DNA from: an uncultured Candidatus Saccharibacteria bacterium
GTDB taxonomy: Bacteria; Patescibacteriota; WWE3; UBA101185; UBA10185
Length of the DNA stretch: 64,000 bases
Assembly (NCBI GenBank): GCA_964385105.1
Contig: CAYLMU010000001.1
Location: 369,936-433,935 of the forward strand
Direction: 5' to 3'
The position numbers and the translations under genes are program-made. The notes under the pieces are model-generated. The model saw nothing but the letters and a program-made list of their open reading frames with translations, did no database searches and was not told where the DNA came from. Each line of letters starts with the position of its first letter. The stretch's first letter is position 1. Positions 39,189 to 48,490 of the stretch are shown here, piece after piece.

Positions 39189-40368
39189 GCTCTTGTTTTA
39201 TATTAGCCTGGGCACTTTAAGTTTGGGTCAATTTGCAAACTTATTTAAAGATTCGGGTTTTAATGTGTATATTTTTGACATTATTATTGCAGTTTTTTTT
39301 ATACTGGGTTTAGGTTACTTTTTGACAAAAAAAAGTTTAACAGTTCCAAAAAGTTATCTTTTGTATATTTTATTCATATTTTGGTCATTAATTACGCTTT
39401 TACAACCTTTGTTTGTGATGAATACAGTTGATTTTATAGTTTCACTTTTTTATCTGGTTAGATTGGGATTATATTTAGGTGTAGGTATAGTGTTATTTAA
39501 CATGTTAAAAGCAGACCAAATTGGCTTTGATGAAGTTTTAAATGCAATTGTCATTTCGGGAATTTTTATTTCCTTAGCCGGTTTCATACAGCTTATTTTA
39601 TTACCGGACTTTGAAACTTTAGATCCGGCGTTAGGCTGGGATCCTCATAAAAACAGACTTGCTTCAACTTTTTTTGATCCCAACTTTACAGGAGGTTATT
39701 TGGTTTTGTGTTTATGTATTGTAATGTACAGGTTTTTTGTTCAAAAAATTAGAAATAAACTAACTTATTCATCAGGAACTGTTTTGTTAATTGCTTTGTT
39801 TTTGACGTTTTCCAGAAGTTCGTGGGCAGCCTTTGCTGTTGTTGTGCTTGTTTTTGGATTATTAAAAAGTAAGTGGCTTTTGGTATTTGCGGCAATATTG
39901 GCTTTTTCTGCATATTTTGCTGTTCCGCGTGTGCAAACAAGACTTTCAGGTATTACAGATCCGGCAGACTCTGCACATTTTAGACTCATATCCTGGGGAA
40001 ATGCTCTTTCTATTGCACAAGATAACTTACTTTTAGGTACGGGTTACAATACTTTTAGGTACGCGCAGGTCGATTATGGTTTTGTTGAACCCGGTACAAT
40101 TGGAGGTAATTCAGGGGCAGGTTCTGATTCAAGTTTTTTACTTATTTTAGCTACAACAGGAATAATAGGTTTTGTAATTTACCTATTTGCCTATTTCACA
40201 CCACTTTTTGCCATATATAAACTAAATTCAAGACATGGAATTTTGATAATCGCGGTTTTTCTTAGCATTTTTGTGCAATCCCAGTTTATTAACGCCATTT
40301 TTTTCCCGCAAATTATGTTTTTATGGATTATTTTACTGACCGCTTTGTCTAATGTACTGAACGCTTAA
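39181..40368 (+). CDS. O-antigen ligase/polymerase-like membrane protein (Wzy_C)
   Basis: Multi-TM protein with the LTFSRSSWAA motif of the O-antigen ligase family and a large periplasmic loop. It overlaps the flippase gene by 8 nt. Confidence 0.65.
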   Translation: MLKLLFYISLGTLSLGQFANLFKDSGFNVYIFDIIIAVFFILGLGYFLTKKSLTVPKSYLLYILFIFWSLITLLQPLFVMNTVDFIVSLFYLVRLGLYLGVGIVLFNMLKADQIGFDEVLNAIVISGIFISLAGFIQLILLPDFETLDPALGWDPHKNRLASTFFDPNFTGGYLVLCLCIVMYRFFVQKIRNKLTYSSGTVLLIALFLTFSRSSWAAFAVVVLVFGLLKSKWLLVFAAILAFSAYFAVPRVQTRLSGITDPADSAHFRLISWGNALSIAQDNLLLGTGYNTFRYAQVDYGFVEPGTIGGNSGAGSDSSFLLILATTGIIGFVIYLFAYFTPLFAIYKLNSRHGILIIAVFLSIFVQSQFINAIFFPQIMFLWIILLTALSNVLNA

Positions 40369-41058
40369 TTCTTCAACAGTTACATTGCCTGCTTCGTCGG
40401 TTGCCTCAATTTTTATTTCGTTTATGCCCTCTTTTATTCCCAGTAATATTTCAAATGTGAAATCAGGCCTTAATACTGCAAGACGCTCATTTACTCTAAC
40501 AGTAGCTTTTTCGTTTAATTTACCTTGTATATTTACTCTTTCATTCAGATTTCTAATAACTTCTTCGTCTTTTGGGGAAGTAATTTCTATTTCGGGGCTT
40601 TTAGTGTCCATTTCTATATTTATACTTTGTGAAGAGTCACTTTCTAGCCCTTGTTGATTCGTTGCTTTTGCATGGATAGTGTTTCTTCCCTCAATAAGTG
40701 TCACATTCTCAAACGAAAAAATTCCGTCATTTGTGGTTATTGTTTCATGAGTTTGAGGACCGTTTACAAAAAGTCTCACAACTGTACCCGGCTCGGAAAA
40801 TCCATTTAATGAAATTGTGTTTGAATTTGTGGCCTTAGGTGCATTACGAAATATAGGAGGAGTTGGTTTTACCATTGTGTCACCATTTTGACCTCTGTTT
40901 ACCGATACCAAACCAAACAATACTCCGATTTTTGGCCCGAATAAAATAAATGCTATTAGTACTGCAAGTGGAATAATAATCATTGCAATGAGATTTCTTT
41001 TTAGTTTTTGTTGCAGGTGTATTTCATGATGTTTTGGGTTGTATCTTTTTTGTGCCAT
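40333..41058 (-). CDS. membrane-anchored secreted protein with Ig-like beta domains
   Basis: N-terminal TM helix and beta-rich repeats resembling bacterial Ig-like folds. No catalytic motif was seen. Confidence 0.4.
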   Translation of the reverse strand: MAQKRYNPKHHEIHLQQKLKRNLIAMIIIPLAVLIAFILFGPKIGVLFGLVSVNRGQNGDTMVKPTPPIFRNAPKATNSNTISLNGFSEPGTVVRLFVNGPQTHETITTNDGIFSFENVTLIEGRNTIHAKATNQQGLESDSSQSINIEMDTKSPEIEITSPKDEEVIRNLNERVNIQGKLNEKATVRVNERLAVLRPDFTFEILLGIKEGINEIKIEATDEAGNVTVEELSVQYIRQSGQ

Positions 41059-41115
41059 ATCAATGTATATTATACGATTTTTTCCGAATTTGTGCTTAGT
41101 TAATTGGTTGTATAT

Positions 41116-41883
41116 TTAAAGTAATCTATCATTAACAAAATTATAACTCCAATCTTTGTTCTCGGTTTCATTTAGTATAAAGCACATATCAATTCCAAAG
41201 TCATTTTCTATGTAAACCCACACACTTTTTATATCAGGTAATTTTAGTGCCTCGACAAAAAGTTTAGCAAAATCCTCATACTTTTCATTAATTTGGACAT
41301 CAATTTGAATAAGTGGCGTGGAAGATTTATCAAAAGAAACTATTTCTATTTTTGGTTTCCTATTTATTGAGTAATTTATTTTTACTTCTGAATTTATCTC
41401 TTTTTTAGTAGCTGGTAAAATAAAATCCCAGTTTGCATCATCCAGGTGTTTTGGAAATGTATGATAAAGGCAGCGATTTTTCAATATTTCTCTTAATTCA
41501 AGAATTTTAGGGTGAATCCCATTAAAAAAGGGTAAGTTAAAACCTGTATGGTCTATTGTAATAAGTTTAAAAAATGACATTCGGCGAGTAAATTCTGTTA
41601 TTGATATATATGAATATTGATGCGGACTAAATTTTAATTCGTTTGTAATATTTGATAAAGCAACCTTTATAAATGTATCATCACTAAAAACGAAACAAAC
41701 GTGGGGAGCTTCAATATCTGAAAACGAAATAGTGGTATTTGGAATAAAATCTTCATTTGTTTTGTTTAATACAATTGAATTTCTCTGAACTTTTCCCATT
41801 GTTTTTAAATAGTTAAGAAAGCTAGAAGTGAAGTTTATATCGGTGTTTGGTAATTTATAATGTACTTGCTCCAGGTAAACCAC
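41116..41883 (-). CDS. hypothetical protein (very AT-rich gene)
   Basis: 255-aa ORF with no recognisable motif. It is markedly lower in GC than neighbouring genes and lies next to the tRNA cluster. Confidence 0.4.
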   Translation of the reverse strand: MVYLEQVHYKLPNTDINFTSSFLNYLKTMGKVQRNSIVLNKTNEDFIPNTTISFSDIEAPHVCFVFSDDTFIKVALSNITNELKFSPHQYSYISITEFTRRMSFFKLITIDHTGFNLPFFNGIHPKILELREILKNRCLYHTFPKHLDDANWDFILPATKKEINSEVKINYSINRKPKIEIVSFDKSSTPLIQIDVQINEKYEDFAKLFVEALKLPDIKSVWVYIENDFGIDMCFILNETENKDWSYNFVNDRLL

Positions 41884-41939
41884 ATGAATATTTTAGCACT
41901 TCGTATTGTAAAAACTTTAAATGGGGTTTCTGCTAGTTT

Positions 41940-42015
41940 TGGAGCCGGTGGTCAGAATTGAACTGACGACCTACCCCTTACGAAGGGGTTGCTCTGCCAA
42001 CTGAGCTACACCGGC
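41940..42015 (-). tRNA. tRNA-Thr (anticodon CGT), CCA encoded
   Basis: The reverse complement folds as a cloverleaf: acceptor GCCGGTG/CACCGGC, anticodon loop TTCGTAA, T-arm GGTCGTCAGTTCAATTCTGACC. Confidence 0.85.
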
Positions 42016-42023
42016 TGAGTTAT

Positions 42024-42098
42024 TGGAGCGGGTGAAGGGAATCGAACCCTCAACCTTCTCCTTGGGAAGGAGACACTCTGCCATTGAGCCACACCCGC
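42024..42098 (-). tRNA. tRNA-Gly (anticodon CCC), CCA encoded
   Basis: Reverse complement GCGGGTGTGGCTCAATGGCAGAGTGTCTCCTTCCCAAGGAGAAGGTTGAGGGTTCGATTCCCTTCACCCGCTCCA. The anticodon loop is TTCCCAA. Confidence 0.85.
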
Positions 42099-42175
42099 AA
42101 ACATACAAATTATATCACCACAAGTCTAACCACTTGCTCAATTAAAAATATTTAGTTTATTGTTATGAACCAACA

Positions 42176-42825
42176 TTATACTGGTATTACCAGCGATTGT
42201 CCTGTAATAATAAGTGCTTGTTGCCCATTTGCCAAAAATCCTACCGAATCACTATTTGCCTCTAAAATTCTTGTCCATTGTGCACCATCTCCGTATGCGC
42301 CTTCTGCAAGTTCCCACAATGTGTCACCGTATTGAACAGTGTAATTTCCTGTATCTATATCACCTTCGTCATAATCATTTGCTACCCAAACTTGCCCTGT
42401 CGCAAAATTGTTAGTGCCGCTTGTTGTGGATGTATTGTTTGTATTGCCGTTTGTACTGCCGTTTGTTGAGTCTGTGTCACCTGCTACATTACTTTCATCA
42501 TCTGATTCTTCCCTTCTTGTAGTACTGTCTGAACTAATGTCATCACTTTCGTCTCTATCCGTACCGCCAATATTAATAATATTTGAGAACCTGTCTGTTA
42601 AATTAACATCAGCGTTGTTGAAATATTGATAACCGAAAAATCCTAAAGCTGCCACGAAAATAATTGATAAAATAAGTGCAATTGTGTCTCTGCTGTCTTT
42701 TGGTTCACCTGTAGTGTTTTTTACTCCATTCATAGACCTGCGACTGTTTTCATTGTTAACATCTATTTCGGCAGGTTCGTTGTTAGAAGAGTCCCGACTT
42801 TCGTCTTTAATATATTTTTTTGCCA
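42176..42825 (-). CDS. LysM-domain protein with TM anchor and Ser/Thr/Asn/Asp-rich low-complexity linker
   Basis: C-terminal LysM (YTVQYGDTLWELAEGAYGDGAQWTRILEANS). The longest ORF runs to 42919 but would overlap tRNA-Asp, so the Met at 42825 (MAKKYIKDE) is preferred. Confidence 0.6.
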
Positions 42826-42906
42826 TTTTAAATTTCTTTAATTTAATACTTAATTTGTTTTGGCAGTAAGGGGTAGTGTTATTGCGTAGTAAAGCAGGTA
42901 ACCTCT

Positions 42907-42983
42907 CTGGCGGGACCAACGGGGCTCGAACCCGCGACCTCTGCCGTGACAGGGCAGCGCTCTAACCAACTGAGCTATGGCCC
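42907..42983 (-). tRNA. tRNA-Asp (anticodon GTC), CCA encoded
   Basis: Reverse complement GGGGCCATAGCTCAGTTGGTTAGAGCGCTGCCCTGTCACGGCAGAGGTCGCGGGTTCGAGCCCCGTTGGTCCCGCCA. The anticodon loop is CTGTCAC. Confidence 0.85.
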
Positions 42984-43069
42984 CCCGCTTTTTCATTTAC
43001 TAAAGGTGTTCGAATATTAACAAATTGTGTATTTAGCGTCAATAAAATGATAAATGTTATTATGGCAAT

Positions 43070-44821
43070 ATGAATAATTTTAGTTTTTCAAATAGTGAAG
43101 TAGTTAAACATCTCAAAGAAGTTTCTGCAGCTATGGAAGTAAAAGAAGTAAATAGATTTAGAATCAGAGCTTATGATAATGCAATAGATTCAATATCAAG
43201 TGCAACTTTTAGTATTGAAGATTTATGGAAAAACGGACGGTTACACGAAATACCCGGAATTGGTGCAAGTATTGCCCAGCATCTCGATGAGTTATTCAAA
43301 ACAGGAAAAGTAAAGGACTTTGAAACTTTAAAAGCAGATTTACCTCAAGGAATGTTTGAGTTAATAGGTATTCGGGGAATTGCTGCTAAAAGGGCATATA
43401 AACTAGCGCATGCTTTTAAAATCTCTAAAAGAGATAATGCAGTTCAAAAGCTCAGGGAGGCTGCAGAAAGCGGTCAAATACGTGAACTCGAAGGATTTGG
43501 CGAAAAATCAGAAAAAGAGATTCTAAACGCGATTATGGAGCTTAAAAAGCATAAAAATGAAGTTCAACGGATGCTTTTAACTGACGCCGAAGAAATAGCT
43601 TCCAGAATTTTAGAATATCTGTTAAGTAATGATGATGTAAAAAAAGCAGATGCACTCGGTTCCCTAAGACGAAGAGAAGCAACTGTAGGGGATATAGATT
43701 TGGCTGTAGCTACAGTAAAAAGTGACGAAATTATAGATTATTTCTGTGATTATAGTGAGATAAAAGAAGTTGTTTCTAAAGGTAATAAAAAGGTAAGTGC
43801 TGTTTTAAAAACAGGTGTTCCGGTTGATTTACGAGTAATAGAACCTTCTGCGTATGGCTCAATGTTGCAGTATTTTACCGGATCCAAACAACATAATGTA
43901 ATTTTACGAACTTTTGCACTTGAAAAAGGACTATCTTTGTCAGAATACGGCATTAAGCAAAACGGTGACTTATTAACTTATGAAAATGAGCAAGGGTTTT
44001 ATGAAAAAATTGGGCTTAAGTACATTGAACCTGAATTGAGACAAGGAAGAAACGAAGTAGAACTCGCTGCAGAAGGTAAGTTACCTAATTTAGTGGTGTT
44101 AAATGATATAAAAGGGGATTTACACATGCACACCACTTTTTCTGACGGTATAAATACATTGGCAGAAATGGTTAACTCATGTATTGAACTTGGGTATGAG
44201 TATATTGGAGTTGCTGATCATGCACCCAGCACCGTTTCAAGAGGGGAAAATGAAGTAATGAGTATAATAAATACTCGCAAGAGAGATATTGAACAAATAA
44301 ATAGTTCAAAATATGAAATAAATGTGCTATTTGGTTATGAAGTGAATATTTTGTCGGATGCTACACTTGGTATGCCTGATGAATTTTTGATGATGTTAGA
44401 TTATGCCATTGCATCTATTCACACGGCGTTTGATCAACCTCAAGCACAAGTGACAGACAGAATGCTTGCAGCTATAGAAAACCCATATATCACAATAATA
44501 GGACACCCATCTGGAAGATTGATAAATGAACGTTCAGGAGTAGCATTAAATTGGGATGAAGTTTTTAATGCAGCCTTAAAACACAATAAAATTTTAGAAA
44601 TTAACTCTCAGCCCAACAGACTCGACTTAGCAGACGATCTTGTTTATGAAGCAATTAAACGTGGAGTTAAATTAATAATTAACACTGACGCTCATTCTAT
44701 ACAAAATTTGCAATTCATGAAAAATGGTATAGATGTTGCAAGACGTGGTTGGTGCACAAAACAAAATATTGTTAATACTTTACCAAAAGACGAATTTTTG
44801 AGATTATTAAGTCGTAAATAG
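43070..44821 (+). CDS. family X DNA polymerase with C-terminal PHP phosphoesterase domain
   Basis: N-terminal HhH/8-kDa and Pol-beta-like nucleotidyltransferase domains (GSLRRREATVGDIDLAV) plus PHP motifs (GDLHMHTTFSDG ... NTDAHS). Confidence 0.85.
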   Translation: MNNFSFSNSEVVKHLKEVSAAMEVKEVNRFRIRAYDNAIDSISSATFSIEDLWKNGRLHEIPGIGASIAQHLDELFKTGKVKDFETLKADLPQGMFELIGIRGIAAKRAYKLAHAFKISKRDNAVQKLREAAESGQIRELEGFGEKSEKEILNAIMELKKHKNEVQRMLLTDAEEIASRILEYLLSNDDVKKADALGSLRRREATVGDIDLAVATVKSDEIIDYFCDYSEIKEVVSKGNKKVSAVLKTGVPVDLRVIEPSAYGSMLQYFTGSKQHNVILRTFALEKGLSLSEYGIKQNGDLLTYENEQGFYEKIGLKYIEPELRQGRNEVELAAEGKLPNLVVLNDIKGDLHMHTTFSDGINTLAEMVNSCIELGYEYIGVADHAPSTVSRGENEVMSIINTRKRDIEQINSSKYEINVLFGYEVNILSDATLGMPDEFLMMLDYAIASIHTAFDQPQAQVTDRMLAAIENPYITIIGHPSGRLINERSGVALNWDEVFNAALKHNKILEINSQPNRLDLADDLVYEAIKRGVKLIINTDAHSIQNLQFMKNGIDVARRGWCTKQNIVNTLPKDEFLRLLSRK

Positions 44822-44854
44822 TATTTATTTAAGTTTTAATTATGAGGAGGAAAT

Positions 44855-45415
44855 ATGGTTTTTGGTTTACCGATATTAATATTACTGGGAGTTGTTGTAC
44901 TGGCTGTTTTTTATGTTATTTCAGTTTATAACTCGTTACATAAATTAAAAGTGCGTATTCAAGAAGCATGGAGTCAAATTGATGTTCAACTAAAAAGAAG
45001 AGTTGATTTAATACCGAATCTTGTTGAGACAGTAAAAGGCTATGCAGCTCATGAAAAAGAAGTATTTGAAAATGTTACAAAAGCAAGATCTGCTTTGATG
45101 AATGCCGGAAATGCAACAGAGGCAGCCGCAGCAGATAACATGCTTACCGGAGCTTTAAAAAGTCTTTTTGCAGTAGCAGAAGCTTATCCTGAATTAAAAG
45201 CCCAGGAAGGGTTTGTTAATCTGCAAAACCAGCTTACAGACACTGAAGACAAAATCTCATATGCAAGACAATTTTATAACACTGTGGTCAGAGATTTTAA
45301 CCAGATGCTAGTTATGTTTCCAAGTAATGTAATTGCGTCAATGTTTGGGTTTAAACAGGAAGACTTTTTTAAAGCGGGTGAAGATGAGCGCGAGCCGGTA
45401 AAAGTGGATTTTTAA
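44855..45415 (+). CDS. lemA: LemA family protein
   Basis: N-terminal TM helix plus the conserved LemA core ([46 protein letters not shown]). Confidence 0.85.
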   Translation: MVFGLPILILLGVVVLAVFYVISVYNSLHKLKVRIQEAWSQIDVQLKRRVDLIPNLVETVKGYAAHEKEVFENVTKARSALMNAGNATEAAAADNMLTGALKSLFAVAEAYPELKAQEGFVNLQNQLTDTEDKISYARQFYNTVVRDFNQMLVMFPSNVIASMFGFKQEDFFKAGEDEREPVKVDF

Positions 45416-45424
45416 ACTTTAATT

Positions 45425-46318
45425 ATGGCAAGTATATATACCCATATAGCGGACAACAAACGTGACACTTGGTTGATTATGTTTTTGTTTATTGCGATTA
45501 TTTCGGCAATAGGATGGGTTTTTGGTGAAATTTATGCCGGCGACGGTTTGTTTATACTGGGTTTTGCTTTGATATTCTCGGGAATAGCAAGTTTTTTTAG
45601 CTATTACAATTCAGACAAAATAGTTTTGGCGCTTTCTAACGCAAAAAAAGTTACAGAAGCTGAAGCTCCTCAATTGCATGCTTTGGTTGAAAACATGTCT
45701 ATTGCCTCCGGTTTGCCTAAACCCAAAATTTATGTAATTGAGGATTCCGCTATGAATGCTTTTGCCACAGGAAGAGACCCCGAACATGGAGTTATTTGCT
45801 TTACAACCGGAATAATTCAAAACCTTGAAAAGCGCGAACTTGAAGGGGTAATTGCTCATGAAATGTCGCATATAGGAAATTATGATATTAGGCTTATGTC
45901 TATTGTATCTGTACTTGTTGGTTCTATAGCACTTTTGGCAGATTGGTTTACTCACGGCATGTTTTATGGCTCAAGGCGACGTGACTCAAATAGGGGAGGC
46001 GGAATTTTAATGATTGTTGGCCTAGTGCTTATTATTTTAAGCCCGATTATTGCAACATTAATTAAAATGGCAGTTAGTAGAAAACGGGAATACTTGGCTG
46101 ATTCAACGGCTGCAATGATTACAAGATACCCACAGGGGCTGGCAAATGCCTTGCGTAAACTTTCTGAAGATAGGGAAGTGCTTGAGGCCGCAAATGGTGC
46201 CACTGCACACTTATATATATCAAATCCGTTAAAAGGTGGGGGAAGAAGTACGTTGGCAAGTTTATTTAGTACACATCCTCCAATTGAAGAGCGCATTAGA
46301 AGGCTTGAAAGCATGTAG
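45425..46318 (+). CDS. htpX: M48 family zinc metalloprotease HtpX-like
   Basis: HEMSH (HExxH) in the context GVIAHEMSHIGNYD, with 4 TM helices. It is paired with upstream lemA. Confidence 0.85.
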   Translation: MASIYTHIADNKRDTWLIMFLFIAIISAIGWVFGEIYAGDGLFILGFALIFSGIASFFSYYNSDKIVLALSNAKKVTEAEAPQLHALVENMSIASGLPKPKIYVIEDSAMNAFATGRDPEHGVICFTTGIIQNLEKRELEGVIAHEMSHIGNYDIRLMSIVSVLVGSIALLADWFTHGMFYGSRRRDSNRGGGILMIVGLVLIILSPIIATLIKMAVSRKREYLADSTAAMITRYPQGLANALRKLSEDREVLEAANGATAHLYISNPLKGGGRSTLASLFSTHPPIEERIRRLESM

Positions 46319-46338
46319 TTTTTTGATATTCTTACATT

Positions 46339-46644
46339 GTGGCTGAGAACGTAATCACAAAAGAACAAGTTAAAAAAATTGCACAATTGTCAAAACTGGA
46401 GTTAAGTGAGTCTGAAATAGTGAATTTTGCCGAACTATTCACTCAAACACTTAAATATATAAATGTGCTTGATGAATTAAATACTCAGGATTATGAACCT
46501 ACATTTCAGGTAACAGGTTTGATTAACGTATTTATGCAAGAGAATCAAAATAAAGCCACGCTTTCACAAAGTGAAGCATTATCAAATGCTACAAAAGTGA
46601 TAAATAACTTATTTGCTACAGGCGCCGTGTTTGATAGAGTATAA
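46339..46644 (+). CDS. gatC: Asp-tRNA(Asn)/Glu-tRNA(Gln) amidotransferase subunit C
   Basis: ~100-aa helical protein with the ITKEQVKKIAQLSKLELSESE N-terminus typical of GatC. It is immediately upstream of gatA. Confidence 0.8.
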   Translation: MAENVITKEQVKKIAQLSKLELSESEIVNFAELFTQTLKYINVLDELNTQDYEPTFQVTGLINVFMQENQNKATLSQSEALSNATKVINNLFATGAVFDRV

Positions 46645-46645
46645 A

Positions 46646-48100
46646 ATGGAGCTCAATAAATTAACTTTAAAACAAGCTATAGATGGTTTAAAAAATGAAG
46701 AGTTTACATCAGTTGAATTATCAAGAGCTTGTTTAAATCAAATTAAAAAGTTTGATAAAAAGATTAATTCGTTTATAACTGTAATCCCCGAAGACGTGGT
46801 TTTAGCTGAAGCTCAAAAGTCAGATGAAGAAATCAGCAAATTGGGTGAAAATGCCTGGAATGAAAAACCGCTGCTTGGAATACCTTATGCTGCAAAAGAT
46901 AACTTTAGTACAAAAGGAATAAGAACAACCGCAAGTTCAAAAGTTTTAGACAATTATATTCCCCCTTTTGATTCAACGGTTACGTTAAGATTAAAAAATG
47001 CCGGTGCTATTTTGCTTGGCAAAACAAATATGGATGCATTTGCTCACGGATCATCTACTGAAACCTCAGATTATTTTGTAACAAAAAACCCATGGGATAT
47101 AAGTCGAATACCCGGCGGTTCTTCTGGAGGGTCGGCAGCTGCTGTTGCAGCAAATATGTGCATTTTTGCAATTGGTAGTGAAACTGCCGGTAGTATACGC
47201 GGCCCTGCATCTTGGAGCGGAATTACAGGTTTTAAGCCAACTTATGGAAGAGTAAGCAGGTACGGAGTTGTTGCTATGGCATCTTCAACCGATTCCCCTG
47301 GCCCCATGACAAAAACAATAGAAGACAGTGCAATTATTTTAAAAGTTATCGCAGGAAAAGATTCGTTTGATGCAACTACTTCGAGTATTCAAGTTGAGGA
47401 TTATGTAAAGAATCTACAAAATATTGTTGATTTTAAAATGAGTGATGTAAAAATTGGTGTACCAAAATCTTATTTTGAAATTGATATGCAACCCGGTGTG
47501 AAAGAGTTGGTATTGCAGACTACGGAAAAATTTAAAGAATTTGGTGCAAAAATTATTGAAATAGAATTGCTTGATCCAAAATATTCTATTGCCGTGTACA
47601 CAATTTTACAGCGGTCTGAAGTGTCGTCGAATTTGGCAAGATACGATGGTATTCGATACGGCAATGACAGAACCGCATTTGGGTTTGAAGCTAAAAAAAG
47701 AATGATGCTTGGTGCATATGCATTAAGCGCCGGATATTATGATGAGTACTATGCAAAAGCTCAAAAAGTAAGAACAATGATTATTGAAGATTTTAATAAG
47801 GCATTTGAGCAAGTTGACATGATAATTGGGCCTACAATGCCAAATGTTGCAATGAAATTAGGCGAATCGGATGAAAATCCTTTGTTTGGTGAGTTTATAG
47901 ACATGTTGCAGGAACCAAGCTCTATCGCAGGTTTAACAGCTGTAAGCTTGCCGGCCGGATTGAGCGAGGGTTTACCTGTGGGAGTGCAGCTTATCGGTCA
48001 ACAGTTTAGTGAAAATAAATTATTTTGTGCCGGACATGTGTTTCAACAAAATACTGATTTTCACACAAAATTTCCCAGTTTAGAAAATTTGGAGGAATAA
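46646..48100 (+). CDS. gatA: Glu-tRNA(Gln)/Asp-tRNA(Asn) amidotransferase subunit A (amidase signature family)
   Basis: Amidase-signature GGSSGGSAAAVA with the Ser-cisSer-Lys triad context. The start is taken at the Met just after the gatC stop (the ORF track extends to 46613). Confidence 0.9.
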   Translation: MELNKLTLKQAIDGLKNEEFTSVELSRACLNQIKKFDKKINSFITVIPEDVVLAEAQKSDEEISKLGENAWNEKPLLGIPYAAKDNFSTKGIRTTASSKVLDNYIPPFDSTVTLRLKNAGAILLGKTNMDAFAHGSSTETSDYFVTKNPWDISRIPGGSSGGSAAAVAANMCIFAIGSETAGSIRGPASWSGITGFKPTYGRVSRYGVVAMASSTDSPGPMTKTIEDSAIILKVIAGKDSFDATTSSIQVEDYVKNLQNIVDFKMSDVKIGVPKSYFEIDMQPGVKELVLQTTEKFKEFGAKIIEIELLDPKYSIAVYTILQRSEVSSNLARYDGIRYGNDRTAFGFEAKKRMMLGAYALSAGYYDEYYAKAQKVRTMIIEDFNKAFEQVDMIIGPTMPNVAMKLGESDENPLFGEFIDMLQEPSSIAGLTAVSLPAGLSEGLPVGVQLIGQQFSENKLFCAGHVFQQNTDFHTKFPSLENLEE

Positions 48101-48490
48101 ATGGGTTTTTTTAGTAAATTATTTAAAATAAGCAATATCGGTCGGATGACTGTATCGACTCAAACAAAAAGCAGAATACAATCCGACTGGAACCAAATTA
48201 AAATTTTGATTGACGGAGGTTCGCCAAGTCAAATGCGTCAAGCGCTAATAACCGCAGACAAAGCTTTAGACAATGCATTAAGAGATGTTGTTGCAGGAGA
48301 AACAATGGGTGAAAGGTTAAAGTCCGCGTCTAACAAATTTGACAAGGTAACGTACGATAAAATTTGGAGGGCGCATAAAATGAGAAACGCTTTGGTACAT
48401 GAATCAGGGTATGAACCAAGCTACGGAATGCTTAAAAATGCTATTGAAGACTTAAGAAAGGGCTTAAACAAGTTAGGTGTAAATGTTTAA
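48101..48490 (+). CDS. small alpha-helical protein with HEPN-like R-x4-H motif, inserted between gatA and gatB
   Basis: 129 aa. Its start abuts the gatA stop and its end overlaps the gatB start by 8 nt. The RNALVHE motif matches HEPN Rx4-6H, but family membership is unproven. Confidence 0.45.
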   Translation: MGFFSKLFKISNIGRMTVSTQTKSRIQSDWNQIKILIDGGSPSQMRQALITADKALDNALRDVVAGETMGERLKSASNKFDKVTYDKIWRAHKMRNALVHESGYEPSYGMLKNAIEDLRKGLNKLGVNV

